Shown piece by piece: positions 11,124-20,302 of a stretch of 64,000 nt of DNA. The notes beneath the pieces are model-generated. The model worked only from the letters and a program-made list of their open reading frames with translations. It had not been told where the DNA came from and did not search any database. The stretch lies in NCBI RefSeq assembly GCF_056712565.1, contig NZ_CM160072.1; one strand, 5' to 3'. Position numbers and translations under genes: made by a program. How positions within the stretch are numbered: the first letter of the stretch is position 1; every line of letters begins with the position of its first letter.

Positions 11124-11147
11124 AAAAAAGCCCCGCGAATGCGAGGC
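11124..11147 (-). terminator. Hairpin plus U-tract downstream of lysis cassette
   Basis: Minus strand GCCTCGC-ATTC-GCGGGGC followed by TTTTTT. Confidence 0.4.
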
Positions 11148-11321
11148 TAAATCCTGGTATTTGTAATGACTGGCTCTTATCTCAACGCAGCCCCTTACCG
11201 CGCGCCAGATGCTCAATATCAAGCATCAGCAATGAGATGTTTAATCTGGATTCACTCCAGAAGTGATCACCACCCTGTCTACAGAGCCAGATGTGAAGGA
11301 TGATGAGTAAAATTATCGCTA

Positions 11322-11759
11322 TCATCGAAGGCATTGCGTCCTGATGTACTCCTGCAGGTAGTTAACCTGCGCGGTTATCCTGTCGATTCCACTTCGGAGA
11401 CGGTAATAATTGAGTTCAGCATCTGCTGTAAGTCTTGGGTTTTCTCCATCGCCCATGCTGCTGGCTCCGGTCGTTGACTTTGCACAGGTGGCGGCGACTT
11501 GCAGGCGCTTACGCCCAGCAGAAACATCAGCACGGAGACTTTCGATAGTCGCGTTAGCATCAGCAAGCTCCTTTGTGTATCTTGCGTCGAGTTCTGCTAC
11601 ATCACGTTGACGCTTCCGCATATCAGCGATGATGGATGTGGCTTTATCGCGCTGCTCTTTGTAGGCGATTGCATTATCACGGTAATGATTAACAGCCCAT
11701 GACAGGCAGACGATGATGCAAATAATCAGAGCGGAGATAATCGCGGTGACTCTGCTCAT
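11322..11759 (-). CDS. Rz: Spanin inner-membrane subunit Rz
   Basis: 145-aa ORF with N-terminal TM segment and coiled-coil body; ATGA overlap with R stop. Confidence 0.85.
   Translation of the reverse strand: MSRVTAIISALIICIIVCLSWAVNHYRDNAIAYKEQRDKATSIIADMRKRQRDVAELDARYTKELADANATIESLRADVSAGRKRLQVAATCAKSTTGASSMGDGENPRLTADAELNYYRLRSGIDRITAQVNYLQEYIRTQCLR
11375..11566 (-). CDS. Rz1: Spanin outer-membrane lipoprotein Rz1, embedded in Rz in a different frame
   Basis: ORF nested in Rz with signal peptide, lipobox (VSAC) and proline-rich stretch. Confidence 0.7.
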   Translation of the reverse strand: MLMLTRLSKVSVLMFLLGVSACKSPPPVQSQRPEPAAWAMEKTQDLQQMLNSIITVSEVESTG

Positions 11760-12232
11760 ACCTCAATCTCTCTGACCGTTCCGCCAGCCTCTTTGAATTT
11801 TGCAATCAGGTTGTCAGCCTTATGCTCGAACTGACCATAACCAGCGCCCGGCAGTGAAGCCCAGATATTGCTGCAACGGTCGATTGCCTGACGAATATCA
11901 CCGCGGTCAATCATCGGTAAAGCGCCACGCTCTTTAATCTGCTGCAATGCCACAGCGTCCTGACTTTTCGGAGAGAAGTCTTTCAGACCAAGCTGCTTAC
12001 GGTAGGCATCCCACCAACGGGAAAGAAGCTGGTAGCGTCCGGCGGCTGTTGATTTGAGTTTTGGGTTTAGCGTGACAAGCTTGCGAGGGTGATCGGAGTA
12101 ATCAGTAAATAGCTCTCCGCCTACAATGACGTCATAACCATGATTTCTGGTTTTCTGCCGTCCGTTATCAGTTCCCTCTGACCACGCCAGCATATCGAGG
12201 AACGCCTTACGTTGATTATTGATTTCCACCAT
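11756..12232 (-). CDS. R: Endolysin (lambda R-type lytic transglycosylase)
   Basis: 158-aa ORF matching recalled lambda R sequence and length. Confidence 0.9.
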   Translation of the reverse strand: MVEINNQRKAFLDMLAWSEGTDNGRQKTRNHGYDVIVGGELFTDYSDHPRKLVTLNPKLKSTAAGRYQLLSRWWDAYRKQLGLKDFSPKSQDAVALQQIKERGALPMIDRGDIRQAIDRCSNIWASLPGAGYGQFEHKADNLIAKFKEAGGTVREIEV

Positions 12233-12539
12233 CTTCTACTCCGGCTTTTTTAGCAGCGAAGCGTTTGATAAGCGAACCAATCGAGTCAGTACCGATGTAG
12301 CCGATGAACACGCTCGTTATATAAGCGAGATTGCTACTTAGTCCGGCGAAGTCGAGAAGGTCACGAATGAACCAGGCGATAATGGCGCACATCGTTGCGT
12401 CGATTACTGTTTTTGTAAACGCACCGCCATTATATCTGCCGCGAAGGTACGCCATTGCAAACGCAAGGATTGCCCCGATGCCTTGTTCCTTTGCCGCGAG
12501 AATGGCGGCTAACAGGTCATGTTTTTCTGGCATCTTCAT
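12216..12539 (-). CDS. S: Holin/antiholin (lambda S-type, dual start)
   Basis: 107-aa ORF beginning [22 protein letters not shown]..., near-identical to lambda S as recalled; GGGGG Shine-Dalgarno within upstream hairpin. Confidence 0.95.
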   Translation of the reverse strand: MKMPEKHDLLAAILAAKEQGIGAILAFAMAYLRGRYNGGAFTKTVIDATMCAIIAWFIRDLLDFAGLSSNLAYITSVFIGYIGTDSIGSLIKRFAAKKAGVEDGGNQ

Positions 12540-12664
12540 GTCTTACCCCCAATAAGGGGATTTGCTCTATTTAATTAGGAATAAGGTCGATTACTGATAG
12601 AACAAATCCAGGCTACTGTGTTTAGTAATCAGATTTGTTCGTGACCGATATGCACGGGCAAAAC

Positions 12665-12694
12665 GGCATGAGGTTGTTAGCGCAACCTCATGCC
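12665..12694 (-). terminator. Candidate tR'-like terminator between late promoter region and S
   Basis: 12-bp perfect stem (GGCATGAGGTTG/CAACCTCATGCC) with 6-nt loop, followed on minus strand by GTTTTG. Confidence 0.45.
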
Positions 12695-13135
12695 ACCCGC
12701 TTTCACGAAGGTCATGTGTAGAAGGCCGCAGCATAACTATCACTGATGAATTCAGGATAGCCAGTGGCTACGGCTCAGGTTGGGTTGTGGCGGTCGGTGC
12801 TGAACTCCGACTTAATGACGATAGGCGTGTACCGACGCCTCGTTTTACTTCCTCCGCTTTCACGGCTTCACCCTAGACCAGCTTTACGAAATCCTCGTAA
12901 ACCTAACCGCGGCAGATATGACCGGCACGGTGTGCCATATCACGGACCGGCGGGTGTCTCGTTCACCTGATTAACGCATCAGCCTGCGTATTCACCACAA
13001 CGATAAGAGTACTGCGCGGCACCTTTCACCAATTCCGCGAGGTCTGCGGGTTCAATGCTCTTACCTGTTGTGCAAACAAAAAAGCCACCGTTGCAACTTA
13101 AGAGTCACTAACGGCAGCTTACCTTCTAATTATGG

Positions 13136-13654
13136 CTAAATGGATAATTGCATGTCAAGGTTTTTAACAGCAACATGCTTAACTTTCTCAACACGTTTAC
13201 GCATTTTGAAAGCATTTTGCATTGGCTGGTATAAAACAAATAATGACGCTTTCAGGATGTCGTCAATTTCGTTTCTACAGGTTGCCAGTGAAGGTTTTCT
13301 CCATCCCTCGCCACCACGTCCACACATCTTGCGTGGCTTTGCAGTCGCGTGATAGTAGGATGCAATTGCTCGCTTAGATGAACCATGAGCGTAGTAGCTG
13401 AGGAGGATGCCAAAGGCTTTCTTGTCAATGTACATGACGGAATCAACGACCTGAGAAATCAACATTCCATCATCATCATTACACATTGGCCTTGTCATAA
13501 TTCTTCCCGGCTCTACGCTCTCCATGAACTTCGCTATTACGCTGCTCATGCGCTTTTCCAGACGACCTGAATAAACCCATGCGCCCCACAGTTCAAGCCA
13601 GCCATTCAGCCACTCGTGCTGCTCTTTGGTGAGGTTTAGTTCTCTTATGCTCAT
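13136..13654 (-). CDS. Q: Late antiterminator Q (phage 82/quuD-like family)
   Basis: 172-aa ORF with WGAW and CxDDD motifs recalled from Q82-type proteins; last gene before late region. Confidence 0.75.
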   Translation of the reverse strand: MSIRELNLTKEQHEWLNGWLELWGAWVYSGRLEKRMSSVIAKFMESVEPGRIMTRPMCNDDDGMLISQVVDSVMYIDKKAFGILLSYYAHGSSKRAIASYYHATAKPRKMCGRGGEGWRKPSLATCRNEIDDILKASLFVLYQPMQNAFKMRKRVEKVKHVAVKNLDMQLSI

Positions 13655-13839
13655 CGTCTTCCCCTCTTGCCTTGTTTGACCATCAGGACGCCGTTAACTA
13701 TTACGTGACGCTCGCCTTTGCTGTCTCGGTTGTACTTGAGCACTGTTCCTCTTGCGCAGGAAAGCATCCTCGCCACTTCGGTCTGATTGCCTCGTGTCTG
13801 GATAAGAAGCTCTGGTATCGTTTGAATTGTGGCGTTCAT
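13651..13839 (-). CDS. ninH: NinH
   Basis: 62-aa ORF with GNQTEVAR...RGTV motif matching recalled lambda NinH; overlaps Q start. Confidence 0.8.
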   Translation of the reverse strand: MNATIQTIPELLIQTRGNQTEVARMLSCARGTVLKYNRDSKGERHVIVNGVLMVKQGKRGRR

Positions 13840-14198
13840 GCGTTCTCCAGTTCGGTGATTTTTATTCCAAGCCGTCCGCCTGGTACTTTCACACCACGAA
13901 TTACGCGAATGTCATCGAATTGCTCGTCGTCTTCCGCAAATCCGGCGTGGATAAGGGAGTCGAGTAAACCTTTCAGGATGTTGTCGAGGTCGCGGCGGCG
14001 GGAGTCTGGAACGTCTGCGATGACTTTGATACGGAGTCGTGATTTGGTGAAAATGTCTAACTTGAGTTGGCGGATGATTTGCTGAACGTCTTTTCGGTAT
14101 TTCTGGCCTTTATCGCTTATGTAATATTGGCTTCCCCGTCTTCGCCAGTAGGTATTCACCGACGGCGGGTATGGAAGCACAAACTGATATTCGTTCAT
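13836..14198 (-). CDS. rusA: Holliday junction resolvase RusA
   Basis: 120-aa ORF with PPSxNxYxR, DxRRRDLDN and GGRL motifs of RusA. Confidence 0.85.
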   Translation of the reverse strand: MNEYQFVLPYPPSVNTYWRRRGSQYYISDKGQKYRKDVQQIIRQLKLDIFTKSRLRIKVIADVPDSRRRDLDNILKGLLDSLIHAGFAEDDEQFDDIRVIRGVKVPGGRLGIKITELENA

Positions 14199-14485
14199 GA
14201 CTTAATCTTCCCCTCCCTCAGCAGTATCGCCTGCGTTCTGATCACGCCTTCGAGGTGGTAAAGTCTGGCGTCTTTGTTGTCGAGATTATGGGTGCGTCGG
14301 TCGATTTCATCGTGACACGCACTACAAGCCCATGCACCGATCAGGTCGTCAGGCTTCATTCCCGTTCCGCAAATTCCAGCCATCCGGTAATGTGCCAGAA
14401 CTGTAGTTTCAGGGTTGCCATTGCATACGCCGTAAATACGTACCTGACATTCTCTTCCGCGCGCTTCTTTGCGTAGGTTAGCCAT
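14195..14485 (-). CDS. YbcO-like DUF1364 protein (putative nuclease)
   Basis: 96-aa ORF, Cys/His-rich, resembles recalled DLP12 YbcO; overlaps neighbours by 4 nt. Confidence 0.6.
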   Translation of the reverse strand: MANLRKEARGRECQVRIYGVCNGNPETTVLAHYRMAGICGTGMKPDDLIGAWACSACHDEIDRRTHNLDNKDARLYHLEGVIRTQAILLREGKIKS

Positions 14486-15207
14486 TAAGCAGCCTCCCCT
14501 GTTACTTTCAGCATTCCGTTATCGAGCAGCTTTCTGGTCAGCCACTGTTGACCACGCCCGGTGATTTTTGTGGTGAACGATATCTGTATTCCGTGATTTG
14601 TGTTGACCGCTGTTTCTTTCACTGTGAAATAGCCGCGATCCATATATTCCTGCATTGGCACATTGCGCCGGGAACCTGAAGCAATAAGGATTTTGTGATC
14701 ACGCATCCACGCAAACAGTTTGTTTTGACCAATACCAACAACCTTTGCAAAGTTTCCAATCAAAATTCCGCTGGCCTCGCCAACGCGATCGGCAAACTCA
14801 ACTTTAGGTGCGACAATTGCGAGCTGGTTTTCCAGTTGCATTTTCTGCTCAGCAAGATCGGCAGCAAGGCGCAACGCTTCCGGTAGCGTTTTGGGGATAT
14901 TAACCGCAGCTTCTTCAAGCTCTCGCCAGCGGTCAACAAGGCGAGCGGTGAACTCTGGCGACAACTGGGCAACAACGACAATACTGTCTCGCTTACCTTG
15001 TTCGCCCTCGAAGACGTAATGCTCGTACTGAACATTGAACCCTAAGTTATTGATTCTTTCGGAAACCTCAATTTGAGGAAGCCGGATAACACCATTTTTA
15101 GCCAGCGTTTCGATGGTACGTTTCACATTGTCATGACGCTTACCAACCAACTCAGCAATTTCAATGCTTGTCATTTTGATGGCATTGCCATTCATTAACT
15201 CATTCAT
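14485..15207 (-). CDS. Rha-family regulator / antirepressor-like protein
   Basis: 240-aa ORF; N-terminus MTSIEIAELVGKRHDNVKRTIE is a typical Rha domain. Confidence 0.75.
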   Translation of the reverse strand: MNELMNGNAIKMTSIEIAELVGKRHDNVKRTIETLAKNGVIRLPQIEVSERINNLGFNVQYEHYVFEGEQGKRDSIVVVAQLSPEFTARLVDRWRELEEAAVNIPKTLPEALRLAADLAEQKMQLENQLAIVAPKVEFADRVGEASGILIGNFAKVVGIGQNKLFAWMRDHKILIASGSRRNVPMQEYMDRGYFTVKETAVNTNHGIQISFTTKITGRGQQWLTRKLLDNGMLKVTGEAA

Positions 15208-15376
15208 CGTCTTCTTCCTCGTACATTGAGCTATTCGGATCGCTCATCAGTTCTGCGCAGCAATCGGAGCACACGTGAACTTCAAGCACATGCAGCTTCT
15301 GACCGCAGTTAGCGCACGTTAATGCCCGCTCGACGCTTTCTTTCTGGTATTGAAGGGATTGGGATGGGCTAAGCAT
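15200..15376 (-). CDS. ninF: NinF-like small zinc-ribbon protein (58 aa; below the ORF-track cutoff)
   Basis: Own translation: [58 protein letters not shown]; start overlaps upstream stop, stop overlaps Rha start. Confidence 0.65.
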   Translation of the reverse strand: MLSPSQSLQYQKESVERALTCANCGQKLHVLEVHVCSDCCAELMSDPNSSMYEEEDDE

Positions 15377-15794
15377 TATTGGCGTCCTGCATCATGAGAA
15401 ATACAATCATGGCGGCGCGGAGTGGAGATTCACCGCAGAAGTAGTAGCCAGGAATATTTTCCCATTCCCAACAACCTTCCTCTAAATCACCTCCTGACCA
15501 TGCGCACCATTCTTTTTCCGCTGTCATCCACATAGTGCTGATTTTGCTTTCAGTGATAATTGGCCACGCGTATTCAGGATTATTGCAAGGATTGAAGCAA
15601 TTTCCGTTTGAAGAACGGAAGCCATTAATATCCCTTTTTTGCGTCTGCCAAATAGGACCTCTTTCGTCAGTGGGGATCTCAGAATCGAAGTCTGCTTCGT
15701 CATCAGGTATGAAGAAATGCTCCTCCATATCTAAAGCCTCACATACTCGTCTGTTAATTTCAAAATCACTTAACTGTGAATAATCCATTGTCAT
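15369..15794 (-). CDS. Hypothetical nin-region protein (141 aa, Trp/Cys-rich)
   Basis: ORF from ATG at 15794 with GAGGAA Shine-Dalgarno, ATGA overlap with ninE stop. Confidence 0.55.
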   Translation of the reverse strand: MTMDYSQLSDFEINRRVCEALDMEEHFFIPDDEADFDSEIPTDERGPIWQTQKRDINGFRSSNGNCFNPCNNPEYAWPIITESKISTMWMTAEKEWCAWSGGDLEEGCWEWENIPGYYFCGESPLRAAMIVFLMMQDANNA

Positions 15795-15967
15795 TTCCTC
15801 GCACGATGTCTTAGCAACCGGATATCCCACAGGTGAGCCGTGTAGTTGAAGGTTTTTACGTCAGATTCTTTTGGGATTGGCTTGCGTTTATTTCTGGTGC
15901 GTTTCGTTGGAAGGTATTTGCAGTTTTCGCAGATGATGTCGGTGATACTTCGTCGCTGTCGCCTCAT
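15791..15967 (-). CDS. ninE: NinE
   Basis: 58-aa [37 protein letters not shown]... matching recalled lambda NinE; ATGA overlap with ninB. Confidence 0.7.
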   Translation of the reverse strand: MRRQRRSITDIICENCKYLPTKRTRNKRKPIPKESDVKTFNYTAHLWDIRLLRHRARK

Positions 15968-16374
15968 TCGTACCTCCTGTCGGTAAATCTGACACCCTGA
16001 CCAATAGCCCATGCTGTTGTGTACTCGATCAGACTTGCCATACGCTTCACACTCATCTGCGCGCTGCTTTCGCGAATGTTGACGTATTCGCCTTCAAGCC
16101 CGGGCAAAACATCAGCTTCCTGTTTTGTTGCCACTGCATGACCGCTGATCAACAAAACCTTCCATTGTTCTGGTTTTAACCATTTATCGCGCCACTGAAC
16201 TTGCCTAGCGATATCTGCGACCATCGCGTGAAATTTTGCGTTCTGGTCAAGGTTGCGCTTGTAGTCAGTAATGCGGATGGTGACTGGCTTGTCTTTATCG
16301 AGTGGTGTTGCGAGGATGGCATTTATTGCAGCTTGCTGTTGTTGCTTAGTTCGGAGGAATATTGTTTGCTTCAC
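15964..16374 (-). CDS. ninB: NinB (Orf-family recombination mediator)
   Basis: 136-aa ORF with DQNAKFHAM...QWRDKWL motif resembling lambda NinB. Confidence 0.8.
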   Translation of the reverse strand: MKQTIFLRTKQQQQAAINAILATPLDKDKPVTIRITDYKRNLDQNAKFHAMVADIARQVQWRDKWLKPEQWKVLLISGHAVATKQEADVLPGLEGEYVNIRESSAQMSVKRMASLIEYTTAWAIGQGVRFTDRRYE

Positions 16375-16385
16375 TGAATACTCCT

Positions 16386-16577
16386 TTATTTTTTATGCCT
16401 GTAACCCCATTCTTCCAGCAACCTTGCGGCGTACCACCCAAGAAACAAAGGAAAGAACATTACAATGAGATATTTCCCGCCACGGTCAATGTTCGAAATT
16501 GACCAGATTACGATGTAACCAGTGCAGGACAGGAATATTACAAACCCCAAAAAGCTACTTCGTCGACTCATGCTCAC
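16386..16577 (-). CDS. Small membrane protein (63 aa, two predicted TM helices)
   Basis: Hydrophobic ORF with basic C-terminus, translationally coupled to upstream gene. Confidence 0.45.
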   Translation of the reverse strand: MSMSRRSSFLGFVIFLSCTGYIVIWSISNIDRGGKYLIVMFFPLFLGWYAARLLEEWGYRHKK

Positions 16578-16991
16578 TCCTTCACTTTGATTCCAGCGGC
16601 GCGGATAGCCTCTACATCGCTTTCGTATTGCGATTCTGCACCTGAGTCATAGCCAATGTGATAATCACCGGGAAGTGGGCCTTTCTTTGGCTTTTGCAGC
16701 TCAATTTCAATAGCTGCTCTCGATGCCTGCCACGTTTGCCAGTGGCCTTGAACATCGTCCATCACGTATTGACCACCAATATCACCACTGCCAATTTCAT
16801 GGTGATTTTCAGGGTAACGGATAAGGTCTGAAGATTCGCCCCCCACGTCGTAACCAACTCTCTTCAAACTGGCATCTGCTTTCGTCATCTTTCATAAGGC
16901 AGTCACATTCAATAAAAATCGGCTCTCCCCAAGGAGTAGAACCTCCGCTATCACACATTCCTGTGTTATTGCACTTTTGGCACTTGCTCAC
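16574..16991 (-). pseudogene. Zn-ribbon protein gene apparently split by a frameshift at a G6 tract
   Basis: 60-aa GTG-start ORF (16809..16991, CxxC...CxC, GGAGG Shine-Dalgarno) overlaps a 104-aa ORF (16574..16888) in another frame; frames join at coding-strand G6 (plus C6 16839..16844). Confidence 0.35.
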
Positions 16992-17003
16992 ATTAACCTC
17001 CGA

Positions 17004-17210
17004 TTAACTCACAAAACGCCACGCCACTTTTGCTACGACAACAGGCATAACACCGATAATCACCCACAGAAAAATGCTACCGAAAAGCACACCAACCAGG
17101 TCTTTACCTTCGCCTACCAACCGGACAAAACTGCTGGCAACCACAATGAACGTCGCCACCATCCACATAGCACCGAGAATCCTCAATGCAGAAAAAATCA
17201 ACTCAACCAC
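17004..17210 (-). CDS. Small membrane protein (68 aa, GTG start)
   Basis: Two hydrophobic helices; first gene after tR2-like terminator, in the position of lambda ren/ninA. Confidence 0.4.
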   Translation of the reverse strand: MVELIFSALRILGAMWMVATFIVVASSFVRLVGEGKDLVGVLFGSIFLWVIIGVMPVVVAKVAWRFVS

Positions 17211-17224
17211 GATTTACCCTCCCC

Positions 17225-17257
17225 CAAATAAAAAGGCCTGCGATTACCAGCAGGCCT
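17225..17257 (-). terminator. tR2-like rho-independent terminator after the helicase gene
   Basis: Minus strand AGGCCTGC-8 nt-GCAGGCCT followed by TTTTTATTT. Confidence 0.6.
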
Positions 17258-17282
17258 GTTACAAGCTCAGTGATGTAGATGG

Positions 17283-18659
17283 TCATACGTCAGCCCCTTG
17301 TGCATATCGTCTGCCACGCGCAGCAGGTGCATTTGATGCTGTGCAAATCTGTCTGGCTTCATCCTGGTCACATGCAACAAAGTGTCCGTTGCAGAACCGC
17401 TGGTAAACCGTACCAAGTGAGCCAAAACGGTTTTTCGTCACGATGATTTCAGCAAATGGCGCGGCGCTACTGTTCTCGTCATATACCGCTTCCCGATAGA
17501 GCATGATGATTGAGTCTGCGTCCTGTTCAATGCTTCCTGAATCACGCAAATCTGCGTTTGTCGGGCGTTTGTTTGGTCGCTTCTCAACATCGCGTGAAAG
17601 CTGACTCAGGGAAATAACCGGTGTTTTCAGGTCTTTCGCCATCGCCTTCAGGCTTCCGGAGATGTGAGCAATTGCGAGGTCGTTGCGGTCTGCTTTCGGC
17701 TTCTCAATCAGGCCAAGATAATCCGCCATGATGAGTGAGAGGTTTGGATTTTCCTGTTTGTGCCGTTCTGCGATTGAGCGTATTTCTTCGACCGATAATC
17801 GCGAGGCATCGACTACCCATACATCCAAATCTGCAAGCTGACTCATGCCGTTAGCAACACGTGCCCAGCCCTCGTCATCCATCGATGCAGGATTTCGCAG
17901 TACGCTAACCGACATCCTCCCGGCGTTGGCAATGCTTCGCTCTGCAATCTGCAATGCGCTCATTTCCATTGAGAAAATCAATACCCCGCGCCGGACGTCA
18001 GAACCAGGAATAACGCGGCTTGCAACGCCTTCGGCAATCTTCAGCGCCAGTTCGGTTTTCCCCATACCAGGACGAGCAGCGATTATCACCAGGTCTTCCG
18101 CGTTCATCCCTCCGGTGATGGCATCAAGTTCTTCGATTCCGGTCTTCAGGGTATCGGACTCTTCTCCGTTCCTCAGACGCCTGTCAAGCGTGTCAGTGTA
18201 GTCGGTGATGATTTCCCCTAACCGTACAGGTTTAACCTCGTCACGGGGCTTTCTGATGGCTGAGAGACGTTTTACAAGTTCATCCATCGCCTGACTCGAT
18301 GCGTCGATGGTTCCGCTTTGGATTGGTTCACGCATTTCATCCATGATTTCCAGCACCAGACGGCGGTGATAGTTATCCGCGACCATTCCGGCATATCCCT
18401 TCAGGTTTGCGGCGCTCGGGCAGTTTTTGCTGGTCATCAGGATTGACGTGAAATGCTCCTCTCCGCACGCCTCGGCAACCATCAGCGCGTCGATTAGGTT
18501 TCTGTTTCTCGCCTGCTTCCGGATAACCTCGAAGGCTTTCCGGTAGAGCGGAATTGAAAACGCTTCCGGCTCCAGCGTTGCAAGAACGTCACTGGCGGTT
18601 GGAGTTAATCCACCAATCAGCAGGCCACCGATAACGCTCGCTTCGATATCCTGTCTCAT
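17283..18659 (-). CDS. Replicative DNA helicase (DnaB-like, P22 gp12-type)
   Basis: 458-aa ORF with Walker A (ARPGMGKT) and DnaB C-terminal domain motifs; overlaps O-like gene. Confidence 0.9.
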   Translation of the reverse strand: MRQDIEASVIGGLLIGGLTPTASDVLATLEPEAFSIPLYRKAFEVIRKQARNRNLIDALMVAEACGEEHFTSILMTSKNCPSAANLKGYAGMVADNYHRRLVLEIMDEMREPIQSGTIDASSQAMDELVKRLSAIRKPRDEVKPVRLGEIITDYTDTLDRRLRNGEESDTLKTGIEELDAITGGMNAEDLVIIAARPGMGKTELALKIAEGVASRVIPGSDVRRGVLIFSMEMSALQIAERSIANAGRMSVSVLRNPASMDDEGWARVANGMSQLADLDVWVVDASRLSVEEIRSIAERHKQENPNLSLIMADYLGLIEKPKADRNDLAIAHISGSLKAMAKDLKTPVISLSQLSRDVEKRPNKRPTNADLRDSGSIEQDADSIIMLYREAVYDENSSAAPFAEIIVTKNRFGSLGTVYQRFCNGHFVACDQDEARQICTASNAPAARGRRYAQGADV

Positions 18660-19603
18660 GCAATCCCCCTGTCTGCAAACTTCCCTTCCCGAACTCCCGT
18701 TAACGAGTCTTCTCTCAGCAGGTAATCAAAATCAGCCGTCCAGCCCGTGTCGTTGTCTCCGAAGTAAAACGGCTTGGCCTGATGCACAAACGCCCTGACA
18801 TACGCTCTGAAACCGTCCACGTTTGGCGTTTTCAGTTGCGGGATGATTTTCTTCAGGCGGCGTTTTCGTTTCTCGTTGACCGCAACAGCGTGTGGCAGTC
18901 TGTCACCGACTTCGGTGTTGTAGGCGTTCAGGAAGGATTCGTAGTCGATTCGTTCTGCCTTGCGACGTTCAGGTTTAACCTGCCCATCGCCTCCCCCATT
19001 GGGGGGTAGGGGGGTATTATTTATATTCTTGTTAATACCTTCTTGTTCATGATGTGCGGTTGTTTGTGCGGCTTCATGTGCGCTTTCATGTGCGGCATGT
19101 ACGCTGAAAGCCGCGCTATTGCTGGCTTCATCATGTGCGGCATCATGTGCGGTTGTTTGTGCGGCTTCATGTGCGGGTAAATTGTCCATTTTTTGAGCAT
19201 ATTCATGGTAATTTGTGATGGTTATCACACGGCCTTTTTGCTTCTCTCCATCAATGGAGATCATCCCCTCTTTCACAAAAACCTGAAGCATCCGCTCAAC
19301 CTGATCACGGCTTGCTGGCTTGCCATGTCTGTCGCATAACTGAAGACCTAAATCAGCTGCTGTCACAACCAGTTGACCGGGTTGCAGATGCCATTCATGA
19401 CCTTTGAAATTCGCTTTGTATGGCTTTCTGGCGGCATTCAGGAGAAGGTTTTCCCACAGGGTGCGAAGATAAACATCTTTCGCCCATGACTGTTTCAGAA
19501 TGCTCCGGTACAACGGAATGTAACCAGTTTTCTGGTTCTCCATCCTGTTGCTCCTGCGCTCGTGTGCGGCGCTGAAATCGTAGATTTTTGCTGTATTGCT
19601 CAT
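18656..19603 (-). CDS. Replication initiator (lambda O / P22 gp18-like)
   Basis: 315-aa ORF upstream of helicase; central repeated [10 protein letters not shown] peptide encoded by DNA iterons. Confidence 0.8.
   Translation of the reverse strand: MSNTAKIYDFSAAHERRSNRMENQKTGYIPLYRSILKQSWAKDVYLRTLWENLLLNAARKPYKANFKGHEWHLQPGQLVVTAADLGLQLCDRHGKPASRDQVERMLQVFVKEGMISIDGEKQKGRVITITNYHEYAQKMDNLPAHEAAQTTAHDAAHDEASNSAAFSVHAAHESAHEAAQTTAHHEQEGINKNINNTPLPPNGGGDGQVKPERRKAERIDYESFLNAYNTEVGDRLPHAVAVNEKRKRRLKKIIPQLKTPNVDGFRAYVRAFVHQAKPFYFGDNDTGWTADFDYLLREDSLTGVREGKFADRGIA
19040..19190. repeat. Origin iterons inside the initiator gene
   Basis: About eight direct copies of a ~9-12 nt unit (catgtgcgg / ttgtgcgg) in two clusters. 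Confidence 0.6.
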
Positions 19604-19605
19604 AA

Positions 19606-19878
19606 CTACCTGCCTTGACGAAAGACCTTAAGAACATCGTTAAACTGACTTACGGATATGTCTTCTTTGAGAAGCTTTTCCAGAAATGCGTTTGGAATGA
19701 ACGTATATCCCTCCTCTTTTGGTAGAGACGGGAGCAACGCCCTCGCCTCAGCCTTCAGAAGCTCAGTTCTGGCAACTTTCACAAAAGAGATTTGAGTTCT
19801 TTCATCAATGGAACGAAGGAAGCGCAAACGCTTAGCTTCTTTGTGTGTATCAGGTGGATTAAAGCCTTTGTTTCGCAT
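19606..19878 (-). CDS. Hypothetical protein (90 aa) between cII and O-like gene
   Basis: Internal ATG at 19878 with GAGGT Shine-Dalgarno; basic protein; lambda has no gene here. Confidence 0.45.
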   Translation of the reverse strand: MRNKGFNPPDTHKEAKRLRFLRSIDERTQISFVKVARTELLKAEARALLPSLPKEEGYTFIPNAFLEKLLKEDISVSQFNDVLKVFRQGR

Positions 19879-19900
19879 ATAATTACCTCGTTGGATGTTG

Positions 19901-20194
19901 TTAAAATTCCATTTGTATTTGATCAGAACGCTCGGTTGCCGCCGGGCGTTTTTTATTGGTGAGAATCGAAGCAACTTGTCGTGCCAATCGAGCCATGTCG
20001 TCGTCGACAACACCCCATTCAAGAACAGCAAGCAGCATTGAGAACTTTGGAATCCAGTCCCTCTTCCACCTGCTGATCTGCGACTTATCAACGCCCACAG
20101 CTTCCGCTGTCTTCTCAGTTCCAAGCATTGCGATTTTGTTAAGCAACGCACTCTCGATTCTTAGAGCCTCGTTGCGTTTGTTTGCACGAACCAT
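19901..20194 (-). CDS. cII: Transcriptional activator CII
   Basis: 97-aa ORF MVRANKRNEALRIESALLNKIAMLG...QIQMEF matching recalled lambda CII; AAGGAAAT Shine-Dalgarno. Confidence 0.9.
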   Translation of the reverse strand: MVRANKRNEALRIESALLNKIAMLGTEKTAEAVGVDKSQISRWKRDWIPKFSMLLAVLEWGVVDDDMARLARQVASILTNKKRPAATERSDQIQMEF

Positions 20195-20253
20195 ATGTAA
20201 GTATTTCCTTAACAAATAAGAAGTTATGCGCATCAACTTATGCGCGTTGTATT

Positions 20254-20295
20254 CCCGCATTTCGGCGGGAATGAGGACCATGACTGTTAAAGAGC
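20254..20295 (-). promoter_or_regulatory. nutR (boxA GCTCTTTAAC plus boxB hairpin)
   Basis: On minus strand between cro and cII; boxB CCCGC-loop-GCGGG also found at nutL. Confidence 0.6.
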
Positions 20296-20302
20296 AATTT
20301 GC

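Noticed and set aside
12540-13135. Possible tRNA genes or cargo ORF between Q and S
   Set aside because: No T-loop (GGTTCGA/GTTCAAATC-type) or cloverleaf found on either strand. The only track ORF (12764..12970, plus strand) is Arg-rich and antisense to late transcription. A start-less 41-codon open frame just downstream of Q (about 13104-12982) has no initiation codon.
17211-17286. 27-codon ORF between the helicase gene and the 68-aa membrane ORF
   Set aside because: Its sequence is the stem and U-tract of the tR2-like terminator; not a gene.
19021-19200. Short direct repeats that could be mistaken for a CRISPR array
   Set aside because: Repeats are 9-12 nt, lie inside the initiator ORF and lack spacers of uniform length; they are ori iterons.
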